Of a DNA stretch of 64,000 nucleotides, positions 1 through 13,119 are shown piece after piece (the stretch's first letter is position 1; the number at the start of each line of letters is the position of its first letter). The notes under the pieces are model-generated. The model saw only the letters and a program-made list of their open reading frames with translations, was not told the origin of the DNA and ran no database searches. The position numbers were made by a program, and so were the translations under genes. Origin of the DNA: Eledone cirrhosa (taxonomy: Eukaryota). Where the stretch lies: NCBI GenBank assembly GCA_964016885.1, contig OZ024751.1, positions 40,424,001 through 40,488,000 of the forward strand, written 5' to 3'.

Positions 1-95
1 GTTGTGGTTGTTGTTGTTATAGCTGTTGTTGTTGTTGTTGTTGTTGTTGGTGGTGTTGTTGTTGTTGTTATAGTTGTTGTTGTTGATGGTATTGC

Positions 96-126
<31 letters not shown>

Positions 127-585
127 ATAGTTGTTGTTGTTGATGATATTGTTGTTGTTGTTGATGGTGTTGTTGTTGTTGTTGTTGTTATAGTTGTTGT
201 TGTTGATGGTGTTGTTGTTGTTGTTGTTATAGTTGTTGTTGTTGATGATGTTGTTGTTGTTGATGGTGTTGTTGTTGTTGTTGATGGTGTTGTTGTTGTT
301 GTTGTTATAGTTGTTGTTGTTGATGGTGTTGTTGTTGTTGTTGTTGTTATAGTTGTTGTTGTTGATGATATTGTTGTTGTTGTTGATGGTGTTGTTGTTG
401 TTGTTGTTATAGTTGTTGTTGTTGATGGTGTTGTTGTTGTTGTTGTTATAGTTGTTGTTGTTGATGATGTTGTTGTTGTTGATGGTGTTGTTGTTGTTGT
501 TGATGATATTGTTGTTGTTGTTGGTGATGGTGTTGTTGTTGTTGTTGATGATATTGTTGTTGTTGTTGATGGTGTTGTTGTTGTG
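1..585. repeat. (GTT)n-based degenerate trinucleotide repeat
   Basis: Direct observation. Confidence 0.95.
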
Positions 586-794
586 AGGTTATAGGAGTTG
601 GCAAAAAATCGATGGAGTATCTTTCTTTCTTTTTTATCGATCTTCATCTTGAGATCAAATTCTATCAGATTCGGCTTAGCTTTTTCTCACCACTTCTGGG
701 GCCACTAAAAATGGTACCAGTCATATAATGGGGTGGTTTCAATCAATTATACAGCTTCCGCCTACACAAATGTTGGGCCCTGTGCCAACAACCA

Positions 795-1545
795 TTATCA
801 TCATCATCAACATCATCATCGCTAACAGTATCATCATCATCATCATTATCATCATCATCAACAGTATCATCATCATCATCATCATGATGATCATCATCAT
901 CATCATTATCATCATCATCATCATCATCACCATCATCATCATTAACATCATCATCATCATCATCATCATCATCATTATCGTCATTATCATCATCATCATC
1001 ATCAATATCATTATCATCACCATCATCATCATTAACATCATCATCTCTAACAGTACCATCATTGTCATCACCATCATCACCATCGTCATCATCGCTAACA
1101 ATATCATCCATCATCATCATCATCCATCATCATCATCATCATCATCACAGGTGGTGGTGGGGGTGGCAAGGTATGACTGTCTTCACTTCCTGACTTTCCC
1201 CATCCTATATCATGGATACACGTATATGTCTCCATGTAAGAGAGACAATGTTAGACATGTCATACATATGTACTTACGTAACCGACACCCTCCCATGCCA
1301 TCACCGCTACCTTCTCCCACCTCACCTTAAGCACACCACACCCCCCTCCTATACCACACCATCATATCCACTCTACACCACCACCCACTCCTTCACCACA
1401 CCACACCACACCACCATACCCACTCTACACCACCCACTCCTTCACCACACCACACCACACCACACCACACCACCATATCCACTCTACACCACCCACTCCT
1501 TCACCACACCACACCACATCCTACCCACACCAGCCCACCACCACT
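795..1545. repeat. (CAT)n (795-1148) and (CCACA)n-based (1335-1545) repeats
   Basis: Direct observation. Confidence 0.9.
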
Positions 1546-1716
1546 GACATCGCTATCTACCCACACAATTACCCAGACATAAATAAAACAATAATCTAGT
1601 GCTAATAGAATCATTGTTGCATTACCAGAGGTGACAGTTCCACCTGGAATTCTTCAGTTTGGTAAGTTATGTTCTTGGAGTTAACACCTGGATAGAGATA
1701 CAACTAACAAGCAACA

Positions 1717-1809
<93 letters not shown>

Positions 1810-1845
1810 TATATATATATATATATATATTATATATATTATATA

Positions 1846-1944
<99 letters not shown>

Positions 1945-1946
1945 AT

Positions 1947-2343
<397 letters not shown>

Positions 2344-3027
2344 AGTATAAACACATATATAAGGAACCCATCCTGTACCAGTTTTGATCGATGAATGAAT
2401 GAATTAAATAAATAAGCAATTAATCGGAGTTATATAAAATTATATGTGTGAAGAGGAAATAGATAGAGATTCACCTAACTTTAGTTCAATGTATAAATGT
2501 GTAGATGAGAAATATATAAGTGAAATAATTATACTTTGTAAACTTACAAAAGTTCCCCCTTTTTTCTCTCTTCCTGTTTCTTTATATTTTGTTTTTCTTT
2601 TTTCATACTATTCAACTTCGATATTTTTTCTATTTCATTTTTTTCTGTATTATTTATTTGCAAAGCCTTATTTGATCACTAGCCATATTTTCTCTTTCCG
2701 ACGAAAGATCTGCGTCCAAAACGTTAGGGTTATTTCTATATCTCTGACATTTAACCTAATAACAATAACTTTTATTATGTCTTTCGTGTCATTATTTTCA
2801 TTCGGGGCTACTGAATAAGATATCGTATATAACTAGAATTCAATCTTGAGGACACGCCGTGGCCGAACGGTTAAGAAATTAGCATCGTAATCCTTAAATC
2901 TCGGGTTCGATCCCCCTGCGTGGTATATAGGGCAAGTGTCATTTATTATAAGCTTCGTCTCAAGCCACCCCTTCTGAGGGGCAATTGAGTAGTCGGAAAC
3001 TGTTTGGCAGCCCATCAGATGTGTAAG

Positions 3028-3503
3028 ATTCAGTAATAATAATAGTGTCTACTTTTGGCACAAGGCCAGCAATTACCCAGTACATTACTGGTACTTTATT
3101 TTATCGACCCCGCAATATCGATTCAGTAATATAATAGTTTCTACCTTTGGCACAAGGCCAGCAATTACCCAGTACATTACTGGTACTTTATTTTATCGAC
3201 GCCGCAATATCGATTCAGTAATATAATAGTTTCTACCTTTGGCACAAGGCCAGCAATTACCCAGTACATTACTGGTACTTTATTTTATCGACCCCGCAAT
3301 ATCGATTCAGTAATATAATAGTTTCTACCTTTGGCACAAGGCCAGCAATTACCCAGTACATTACTGGTAATTTATTTTATCGACGCCGTAAGGATGAAAG
3401 GCAAAGTTAACCTCGACGGGATTTGAACTCAGACCGTAATGGGACGTAACTATGCTAGAAAGCATGGCGTCCAACCCTCTACCGATACTGCCAATTTACC
3501 GCT
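3028..3503 (-). mobile_element. SINE S1 whose 3' part is expanded into a 92-bp tandem array (~4 units)
   Basis: Unit starts at 3121, 3213, 3305; the last unit continues into the complete SINE head. Confidence 0.85.
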
Positions 3504-4289
3504 ATTAAGTAATATAATAAAGCGATATTACTAATTATAATTAGTAATATCACCTGTTTATAAATTTGGTTATTAACTGAGTAATAATATTTTACTAATT
3601 ACAGTGTAGATCGGAGTCGATTATAATAGAAGTTTACTGTACAAGAAACAGCCTTTAGACTCATTCTCTCCTATATACATATATATACACCAGGTCCAAA
3701 CACGAAAGAGCCAAACTCTAACTGTCGCTGCCTCAGTCTCTCCCCATTTCTCACTATTGTGAGCAAATGGGGGCCCACGCGTTGGCCGCCTCGCGGGACC
3801 GGCGAACAGAATAGAGAAGGCGTTTCCCCAGAGGATGGTGAGGGAGACGCACTGGAAGGGCCATACCAGCTCGCGTGGCTCACTTCTACGGGTAGCCAAC
3901 TCTGTGCCGATTGTGATGATCAGGGGGGAGGAGGGAGGGGGGGGCTCTAGGGCCAAGGACACCAGAAGTCTCCACTGCCACGGGCTCGACCGCAAACCTA
4001 TCGGAGAGCGACCGATATTTGGAGTGTGCTGTAATGGGGAGGTAACTCTAGCTGACTAAATGAATCGTACTAAATATATATACATATATATCACAGCTGA
4101 AACTGACAGAGCTGGTTGACAACATTCTTAGATCTTGTGATATGGGGTTATTTAAGGTCACTAAATAAATTGAAAGAGATGGGGGAGGCGGTGGAGCTTG
4201 TTAGGTTTTATTATCTAACTGATTACATAATCTTTTACTCTTTAATTTAATTAGTTTACGAAGAGGCCTTTTATTTGTTTGTGTGTGTT

Positions 4290-5037
<748 letters not shown>

Positions 5038-5050
5038 ATATATATATATA

Positions 5051-5770
5051 GTAATAATAATAAATGTGAAGTCTAAAATCCAAAGAGGGCTCGATAAGGA
5101 TAAATATATATCAAATATATAAGAACCGTAGAGCAAATATTTATTAAAATAACAGATTAAAGTTTAAGCAAAGAAGCGCTGCTTTCACTCTTAACGGGAT
5201 CTTCTGAAACTAAAAAATTCAATCTGTGAACGCAGAAGTAAATATTTCGAAAAACGTTGCAACCGAAGGAAGACAGGAAAACGATACTTTGGTTCGTGGA
5301 GACGTTCCCTGGCAAAGAACGGAAAAAAAACGAGGATAATACGTCATTATGTGGAGCGATGAGAACAATTACACGCAAAGACAAAACCGCGTTTATGGTA
5401 TAAATGAAGTCGTAGACTAAAATTCTATTTAGGAAACCGAATGATTCTCGGCTTCAGAGTTAAGAATAATGTAAATAAATTGCAGAGGTTATTGAAATCA
5501 ACAAAAATTAAATATATACATGCACGCATCCATATACGTATAGACACATGCATGCGTGAAAACACCCGCCATGGGTATGCAAATACAAGCACGTCCACAA
5601 AAAAACGCACACACATACAGAACCCACGCAACGCCCGTACCCGCACACATACGAACGTATACACCAAATACACATAAAAATATATATTAAAAAATTGAAT
5701 TTTTTTTTAGTTTCAGAAGATCCCGTTAAGGGTGAAAGCAGCGATTCTTTGCTTAAACTTTAATCTGTTA

Positions 5771-5778
<8 letters not shown>
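5051..5778 (-). mobile_element. Penelope-like non-autonomous element, family B, with inverted 5' terminal copy
   Basis: Inverted repeat 5142-5223 / 5694-5778, ~91 nt tail (5051-5141), (TA)n on both sides; homologous copies at 14815-15010 and 22550-22636. Confidence 0.65.
5709..5759 (+). ncRNA. Variant hammerhead motif (family B, core CAGAAGA); antisense copy at 5161-5211
   Basis: agttt-CAGAAGA-t ccc gttaa ggg t-GAAA-gcag cgattct ttgc-TT-aaact. Correct three-stem topology, but U4->A core change and CUU triplet. Confidence 0.5.
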
Positions 5779-5811
<33 letters not shown>

Positions 5812-6430
5812 GAATAATCGAGTATCGAAAAATCGGCGCACGAGTTCACGATAAACAAAATTCGATATGAGCGGCAGAGGGCTCAATAATTTAGATAAAT
5901 CAGAGCTATAACTATCGTTAAAATACCGTCACACATAGAACAAGTCTATAATCAACCGTACGATCGAAAAGTTGCGATCTGGAAGATTCGGGACACTCAG
6001 ATAAAAAATCAATAAATCAATAAATCAAATGAATGTAAAAAGCATACCCGGACCCGCTAGAGAGATGTTAAATCTAGCTTCTTGGGTTTCTGTAAATCCT
6101 TAAACTGTCCTCTATCAGCTCACATAAAAATATATAAGACTTCTAGATGCCAGCGGACGGGAAATTTACTTCCTCAACGAGCTATGTCCAAACGAATGAA
6201 AAGGCATAACCCAGGCTAAATACGCACACGGAATTCGGCAAGGGAGATAACCTCTATATCCGCGAAAAATATTCGGGAAAATGTGGAAATACACATATCG
6301 AATAAGAGTGCTCAATAGACATGTTAAAATAAACAGGAGCTATTCATCATTTAATAGAATCGACAAAAAATGAACAATAAAATTAACTGGTCAATAGCTA
6401 GGTCTAGAGCTAAATATATATATATATATA

Positions 6431-6996
6431 AGTATACGGGGATCGGAATTAAGAGTATTCCGCAGTTCACAGTCATAATAATAATATTAGCTCAAAGAGG
6501 AATAGAGAATTTTCTTCTGAGCTCAAATACAAATATAAATATATTACACAAAGAGAAGTGTGTTACACAGTGAGATGTGTGTAAAGAATTATTACAAGTG
6601 ATTTTTACCGTTACTGTATAGAGAACAATATCTACAGGTTTAGCAATTAAATAGAAAAAAACTAAGTCAGAATCAAATCTCTGAAGTAGAGTTTTAAATT
6701 ACCAACCCTATAACTATAAGTTTGCTGATACGAATCAAGTTCGTTTCACCACAGAAATGTGCAGTGTAACAGTCCACAGGATCCTCAGTCAGCAAATGTG
6801 GATGCTGTTCACGACACATCTAACCTCATGGATAGAGAGAAAGCTAATATACACGCTGCCCAGAGTAGGGCGAAATCACGTGTTATTTGCATCAAATAAC
6901 GGCTCTCATGGATTGGGGAAAATGCTAGAAAATAATTCTTTACACACATCTCACTGACTGTGTAACACACTTCTCTTTGTGTAATATATTTATATT

Positions 6997-7000
<4 letters not shown>
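6431..7000 (-). mobile_element. Penelope-like non-autonomous element, family C, with inverted 5' terminal copy
   Basis: Inverted repeat 6528-6593 / 6931-7000 (4-nt indel), internal hammerhead, ~97 nt tail, (TA)n flanks. Confidence 0.7.
6721..6796 (-). ncRNA. Type I hammerhead ribozyme motif (family C)
   Basis: Minus strand: tttgctga-CTGAGGA-t cctgtgga...ttctgtgg t-GAAA-cgaa cttga ttcg-TA-tcagcaaa. Perfect 8-bp stem I, 5-bp stem III, GUA triplet; stem II relies on G.U pairs. Confidence 0.8.
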
Positions 7001-7033
<33 letters not shown>

Positions 7034-7525
7034 CAACCCGCACACACATACACACTGACAAATTTGTTGCATGATAAGTTCATTGAAATATTTTACACCC
7101 TGTCATACTGTGGCCCGGAAACGACTTTCTTTCTCTTTTATCTAGTTATATCTGCTGGTCAGGTTGGGTTGGGTTACGTCGAGTTATGTTGGGTTGGGAT
7201 TATTTTCTCTTATTTCACGTCCAATGTGTACAAAACTCCTTTAATCATTATATATAACATATTATTATACATAACACGTTATGTGCAACAATTAAACACA
7301 GCAATTCACTCCCCAACTACCACCACCATCACCACCACCACCACTACCACTACTACTAGGTGGATATCCTACTCTATTATGGTTTAATATTACACAACAA
7401 AGAAAAGGCGACGTAGGTTGATCTCTATATTTGTTCATGAGCGGCAAAAACGTCATATAAACATTTACTACGTCACAGGGAAAAGAATAATAAACCAAGC
7501 ATAACTCAATATACAACAATCTCTG

Positions 7526-7586
<61 letters not shown>

Positions 7587-7802
7587 TGCACTGGGCGTCC
7601 TAATATTAACGCTGCTCCCTTAACTCAAACCTAGCTCTAATCTCAATTCACACCCTTCTTCTTCTTTTTCTTCTTCTTCTTCTTTCTAACCGTAACCCTA
7701 ATTCTAAACCTTACATCTAAAACTACCCTCTAAACTTAACTGTAAACCTTGACTCTAACCCAAAACCTAAACCTTATTTCAAACCTTAACAACCAATTCG
7801 GA

Positions 7803-8165
7803 ATCCTAAACTCCAATTCTAAACCCTAAACCCCAATTCTAAACCCTAAACCCCAATTCTAAACACTAAACCCCAATTCTAAACCCTAAACTCCAATTCT
7901 AAACCCTAAACCCCAATTCTAAATCCTAAACTCCAATTCTAAACCCTAAACCCCAATTCTAAACCCTAAACCTCAATTCTAAACCCTAAACCCCAATTCT
8001 AAACACTAAACCCTAATTCTAAACCCTAAACCCCAATTCTAAACCCTAAACCCCAATTCTAAACAGTAAACCCTAATTCTAAACACTAAACCCCAATTCT
8101 AAACCCTAAACCCCAATTCTAAACACTAAACACTAAACCCCAATTCTAAACCCTAGACCCTAATC
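7803..8165. repeat. 20-bp telomere-like minisatellite (AAACCCTAAACCCCAATTCT)n, ~17 units
   Basis: Direct observation. Confidence 0.9.
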
Positions 8166-9090
8166 CCAACCCACAACCCTAAACTTAAACACTACACCCT
8201 GACCTTCTGGCCCTAATCCTAAATGTCAATTCTACCCTTAACATTCACCACAATGTTCCCATAGTCATACCCCATATCTGTTATATGTAGCGAGAATATA
8301 ACACATAGCATTACATGATATCCAACTTGACAGTTATTCTGCTCCACACGATACCACATATCTCTATAATCTAAGGACACCCTCTCTTATCACCACTACA
8401 GTAATATAGGGAGTGGGGGGAGGGTTACATATCGACATACTGTCCTCCTGTTTATTTTATTCTATTAGTGTTTCTATTTTTAGTTGGTAAGCGGGAAGTT
8501 GCTTGGCTTAGTGGTTAGGGTGTTCGGCTCATGTTCGTAAGTAAGGCCATACGTTCGGCTCCCGCGTTGTGTCCAGTCTACTCTGCTGGTGAAAATGTTT
8601 TACGCTGAATCTACCTGATAATTACGTTAAGGGTAACACGTGCTTATGGAATGCTCAATCACCTGGGATTTAATTTCACGAGCAGGCTTTCACGAAAAAC
8701 TGTTGCAGACCTGTCGACTCTCCCCGTCCGACAGGGAGATCTCCCACCCACTTTGGGGTGAGTGAGAGATGTCTTCTCTAGTGAAAATGGGTATAGCTTT
8801 CATTATGTAAAATCTCCCTATTTTGCCTCATTTCTTCCAGTTTTGGGGCACTTTTTTTTTTCATGGTACTCCTTGTTTGGCTTTTTAGAGGTTGGCTGGT
8901 CTGCTGTTGATCAATCAATAATAAACATTGATTGCCAGTTAAATTATTTATATTTATATAAATATACTAAAGCGAAAACCAAATCAAACAGTGAATGTGT
9001 TTTACGATTTTTTGGCAATATTAGGACATTATGAAATATATAACAACATCAATAATATATTCTTGAAAAGTACAAAGCCGCATTATGACT

Positions 9091-9260
9091 TGGATTGGCA
9101 GTATCGGTAGAGGGTCGGACGCTTTGCTTTGCAGCATAGAGTTACGGCCCTTTATAGTCTGAGTTCAAATCCCGCCGAGGTTAACTTTGCCTTTCATCCT
9201 TACGGGGTCGATAAAATAAAGTACCAGTAATCTGGCCTTGTGCCAAAAGTAGAAACAATT
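9091..9260 (+). mobile_element. tRNA-derived SINE family S1
   Basis: A-box-like tggcagtatcgg, B-box gagttcaaatccc, body gttaactttgcctttcatccttacggggtcgataaaataaagtaccag. Other partial or degraded copies near 9646, 18975, 19420, 25875, 29652, 36350, 36870, 56720, 58660-58950 and 59620. Confidence 0.85.
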
Positions 9261-9529
9261 GTGGCTGCACCATATTAAATATGGAAATCCTTAGTTTAGT
9301 TTACTGCAAATTTCCACTAGTAAAGATACTACAAACATTTGAATTAATAAACCTATTTTTAGATATTTTCTGCTAAATCATTGCCGAATATTAAGACATA
9401 ATACTACAATATATTCACCACAATTTGCCCACTAGGAACGATACTACAAACATTTGAATTTGTAAATCCATGTTTAGGTATTTTCCGCTAAATCATTCCA
9501 GAGCGTTATATGCGGACAGACATGTTTAA

Positions 9530-9851
9530 CCCTTTAGCATTTATACCGGCCGTATTCGGCCAGAATTCTCTCACCTCCTTTTGTTCAAACCAGCCATAAC
9601 CTGCCGCTCATATTGATGTTAAGGTATTATTCTCAAAATAAATAACTGTTTCTACTTTTGGCCCAAGGCCAGCATTTACCCAGTAGATTACTGGTACTTT
9701 ATTTTATCGACCCCATAAGGATGAAAGGCAAAGTTAACCTCGGCGGGATAAATAACATCAACATTTCATAGCCTATGGGATAATTATGTGAGGTAAAGCC
9801 TTTACCATAAAAATACAATAGAAAATACAGAGTAATGTAAATGTTAAAGGG
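9530..9851. mobile_element. piggyBac-type MITE (TTAA TSD) with nested SINE fragment
   Basis: ttaa|ccctttagcattta ... taaatgttaaaggg|ttaa; SINE piece at ~9646-9750. Related copies at 41080-41260, ~50224-51160 and ~56980-57104. Confidence 0.8.
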
Positions 9852-10789
9852 TTAAATGAGTAAATACATAAATATATAAATATATAAATATATAAATATA
9901 TAAATAAATGCGTAAATATATGAATAGATACGTAAATATACAAATGGGTATAAATATAGATAAATATTTACATAAATGAATATATAAAGGCGTAAATATA
10001 CAAATGGCTATATAGAAAGATAAATATATAAATGGCTATATAGAAAGACATATAAATATATAAATAACAACTGCGTGTTGGACCTAAAAAAGATGATAGA
10101 GAGAAAGAGAGATAGGAATCTCTCTTTAAGGAGTGAAGGGATGCTGGATGAGGTGGTGGTGGGGGGAGGGGTCTTTCCTTCTAAAGTTTTATCGGGAGGA
10201 GGTGTCAAGTATGGCTGATGTCGAGTGAAGCTTTTATCGTGTCACTGATTTAAGGACGGAAAGAATCGCAGCTGGCTCACGTTTTTTTATGCCTTGTTTC
10301 GTTGGGGTGTTTTTTCCTTTTAGGAGGGGAAGGGAAGTGCCCATGACCCAATTTGTTGGGAGGAGGGGGGGGGGGGGTTCATGGCCCTTGAATCTTGGAA
10401 GAAAAGTGATGTTTCTTCCCCTTCCTCACCTCAAACTAATCATCTGGTCTGAATTCTTGTAAGAGAGTAGACTCTACTAAAAGCACCCAGGGGCCAAGAA
10501 AGGTTTTCACCGTTTATTCAGGGTGTGGAGGTTATCACCATGACCCATTTTTCTATGGCCTTCGAAGAGGGTATAAAAGAAAGTTATACGAGGTCTCAGC
10601 AAATCCTTGCAATGGATTGCACTAAAGGGTCAAAGCACCTAAGAACCAGGTGGAGGTTTTAAACCGAGTGACAAATTAAGTTTACCATCCTTTTTATTTT
10701 ATTTTTGGTGGTGGGTGAGGCCGAGTTTCCGCTTTAGTTAAAAAGGAAGTGCTTGATGACGAATGAAACTTTCATTGACTGCTATAAGA

Positions 10790-11062
10790 AAGTCAGACCA
10801 ACAGCAGGTCAATGATCAAAGGTCAGACTACAAGGAGGTCAGACTAGAAGAAGGTCAGATTAGAAGGAGAGGTGTCAGATCAGAAAAAGGTCAGACTACA
10901 AGGAGGTCAAACTAGAAGGAGGTCAGACTAGAAGAAGGTCAGATTAAAAGGGGAGGTGTCAGTTCAGAAAAAAGGACAGACTACAAGGTGGTCAGACTAC
11001 AAGGAGGTCAAACTAGAAGGAGGTCAGAACAGACTAGGAGGTCAGATCAAGAGGTCAGATTA
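10790..11062. repeat. Degenerate ~17-bp minisatellite (GGTCAGACTACAAGGAG-like)
   Basis: Direct observation. Confidence 0.8.
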
Positions 11063-11287
11063 GATTACCGACCACCACCACCACCAAAGCACCACCAGCC
11101 CTCTACACCACACCATATATATATATATATATACATATATATATAACGACACCATCCATACCATTCTATGCCATGCTACGAAATATACACCACAACACAC
11201 CTAACAGATTGTGTGGGCTTAATAAGTTACCTCATCCCATTGTTACTCCATCCTGTATGTTTATACATATATGTGTCTGTGTGTGTG

Positions 11288-11331
<44 letters not shown>

Positions 11332-11393
11332 TATGTATGTACATATATATATAAGTACATATATATATGTGTGTGTGTATATATATGTATGTA

Positions 11394-11474
11394 TTGGGTT
11401 GTAACATACATTCCCGCCGTTTTTTTTTATTAAGAAGTTTTATAACAACGGCGGGAATTTATGTTCCAACCTAA
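11394..11474. mobile_element. 81-bp mariner/Tc1-type MITE (MADE1-like size and ends)
   Basis: ta|ttgggttgtaacatacattcccgccgtt ... aacggcgggaatttatgttccaacctaa|ta; ~28-bp TIRs and TA TSD. Confidence 0.75.
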
Positions 11475-11651
11475 TATATATATATGCATAATATATATAT
11501 ATATGTATGTATGTATATGTGTGTATGTGTGTATGAGCTAATATCCTTTCGTAATTATTTCTAATTAGCTTAATGACGCACTTAACAGTAAATATGTTAA
11601 CAGTAACTGTTGTTTGTCATGAGTAAATAAATATATATATATATATATATA

Positions 11652-11919
11652 TAATATAAGATCAAAAGATGGTTAAAGGAGTTCCATATATTTTATTATG
11701 CGCATTTCAAAAACAAACATCATCATGCAATAATATTTGTGTTTTCATCAGATAAAACAGGAGAACATGATATGAAGGCTAAAAAACACTTGTGGATAGT
11801 GCAGTTTTAAATCAACATCTTTTGATCTTATATTATGCATACTCCAGTCCTACAAACTGTAGAGTGCTTCTTATCCGATATCTGCATTGCTTTATTGTAC
11901 TACAATAAAACTCACCTCC

Positions 11920-11922
<3 letters not shown>
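11652..11922 (+). mobile_element. Penelope-like element family A (full inverted segment + short sense part + tail)
   Basis: Near-identical to parts of 46128-46540; (TA)n flanks. Confidence 0.75.
11690..11758 (-). ncRNA. Type I minimal hammerhead ribozyme motif (family A)
   Basis: Minus strand: gttttat-CTGATGA-16 bp stem II-GAAA-tgcgca-TA-ataaaat; palindromic stem III, AUA triplet. Confidence 0.8.
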
Positions 11923-11954
<32 letters not shown>

Positions 11955-11958
<4 letters not shown>

Positions 11959-12089
11959 CCGAGATCCATGGACGAGTTCTCTCCAGCGGTCTCTGTCCCT
12001 CATTATCGCTGCCATGTCCTGCGTCTCCAACAGACCAGTGTCCGTCCTTAGGGCATCAACATACGTTAACCTTGGTCTTCCTCTTCCAG

Positions 12090-12091
<2 letters not shown>
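11955..12091 (-). mobile_element. RTE-type LINE 3' fragment (family R1)
   Basis: Minus strand encodes ..[44 protein letters not shown]; matches 44190-44320. Confidence 0.85.
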
Positions 12092-12167
<76 letters not shown>

Positions 12168-12276
12168 CTCCGAAAGACTCCAGGGCATCGCGAAAAATTC
12201 AGGTTTTCTGCAAGATAAAGCGTTTTTAATATAAATTATATTGACTATAGATTCTTGTTGTGACATCCAATTCCTA

Positions 12277-12359
12277 TATTAATGTCCTGACGAGTCTTTA
12301 GCATTACCCGTTAATATTACCCGTTAATATTGAAGTTGAAACATGTGTAGATATTAATA
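12277..12359 (+). ncRNA. Type I minimal hammerhead ribozyme motif (family D)
   Basis: tattaatgtc-CTGACGA-gtcttta...tgaagtt-GAAA-c atgt g-TA-gatattaata. 10-bp stem I with one G.U, GUA triplet at 12347-12349. Confidence 0.8.
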
Positions 12360-12524
12360 AAATGATCTGAAGTTCCTTCTTAGGTTGTCGTTTTTTATAA
12401 GAATTATGCTGTGTATTATTCCTTGTGTGGTTAATACATTGAGCTTTTTTTGTCATTTGATAAGAAACAGATCTCATACCTAATTTATTCATCTCCTATG
12501 TATATATATATATATATATGTGTC

Positions 12525-12571
<47 letters not shown>

Positions 12572-12669
12572 ATGTATTTATATGTATATATATATATGTA
12601 TGTATATATATATATATATTATATATATATGTATATATATATATATGTGTATATATATATATGTATATA

Positions 12670-12701
<32 letters not shown>

Positions 12702-13119
12702 CCGTTTTTCGTTCTTAGTGAGGTGGGGATGTCTTTATATTAATGTAATGTTTCGAGTAAACTCTGATACACTCATCTCTTCTTCTTCTTCTTCTTCTTC
12801 TTCTTCTTCTTCTTCTTCTTCTTCTTCTTCTTCTTCTTCTTTCCATCTTTCCATTCGACCAGTTTCTTACATTAAACCATAATAAACTTTATTCACTTTA
12901 ACCCCCCCCCCTTCATAAATATACCCTTTCTCCATCCCCTTATCCTATCCAATTCTATTTACTCTCTATTATCGTAGTTCAACTGTATCATTGAGACTTC
13001 TTCGTCTTTCATTCTTTTTCTTTTACTTTTCTTTACGTTTTTATTTGTTTTCGTTATTCCAGTCTTATATTTCTTTAATCTTTCTGTTATCTTCTTTAGT
13101 GTGTCACCCCTTGCCCCTT

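Noticed and set aside
4-1330. Poly-Val, poly-Ile, poly-Met and poly-Asp ORFs
   Set aside because: Translations of (GTT)n and (CAT)n microsatellites; no splice or domain evidence.
7803-8165. True telomere or interstitial telomeric array
   Set aside because: The unit is a 20-mer containing CCCTAAA, not tandem TTAGGG.
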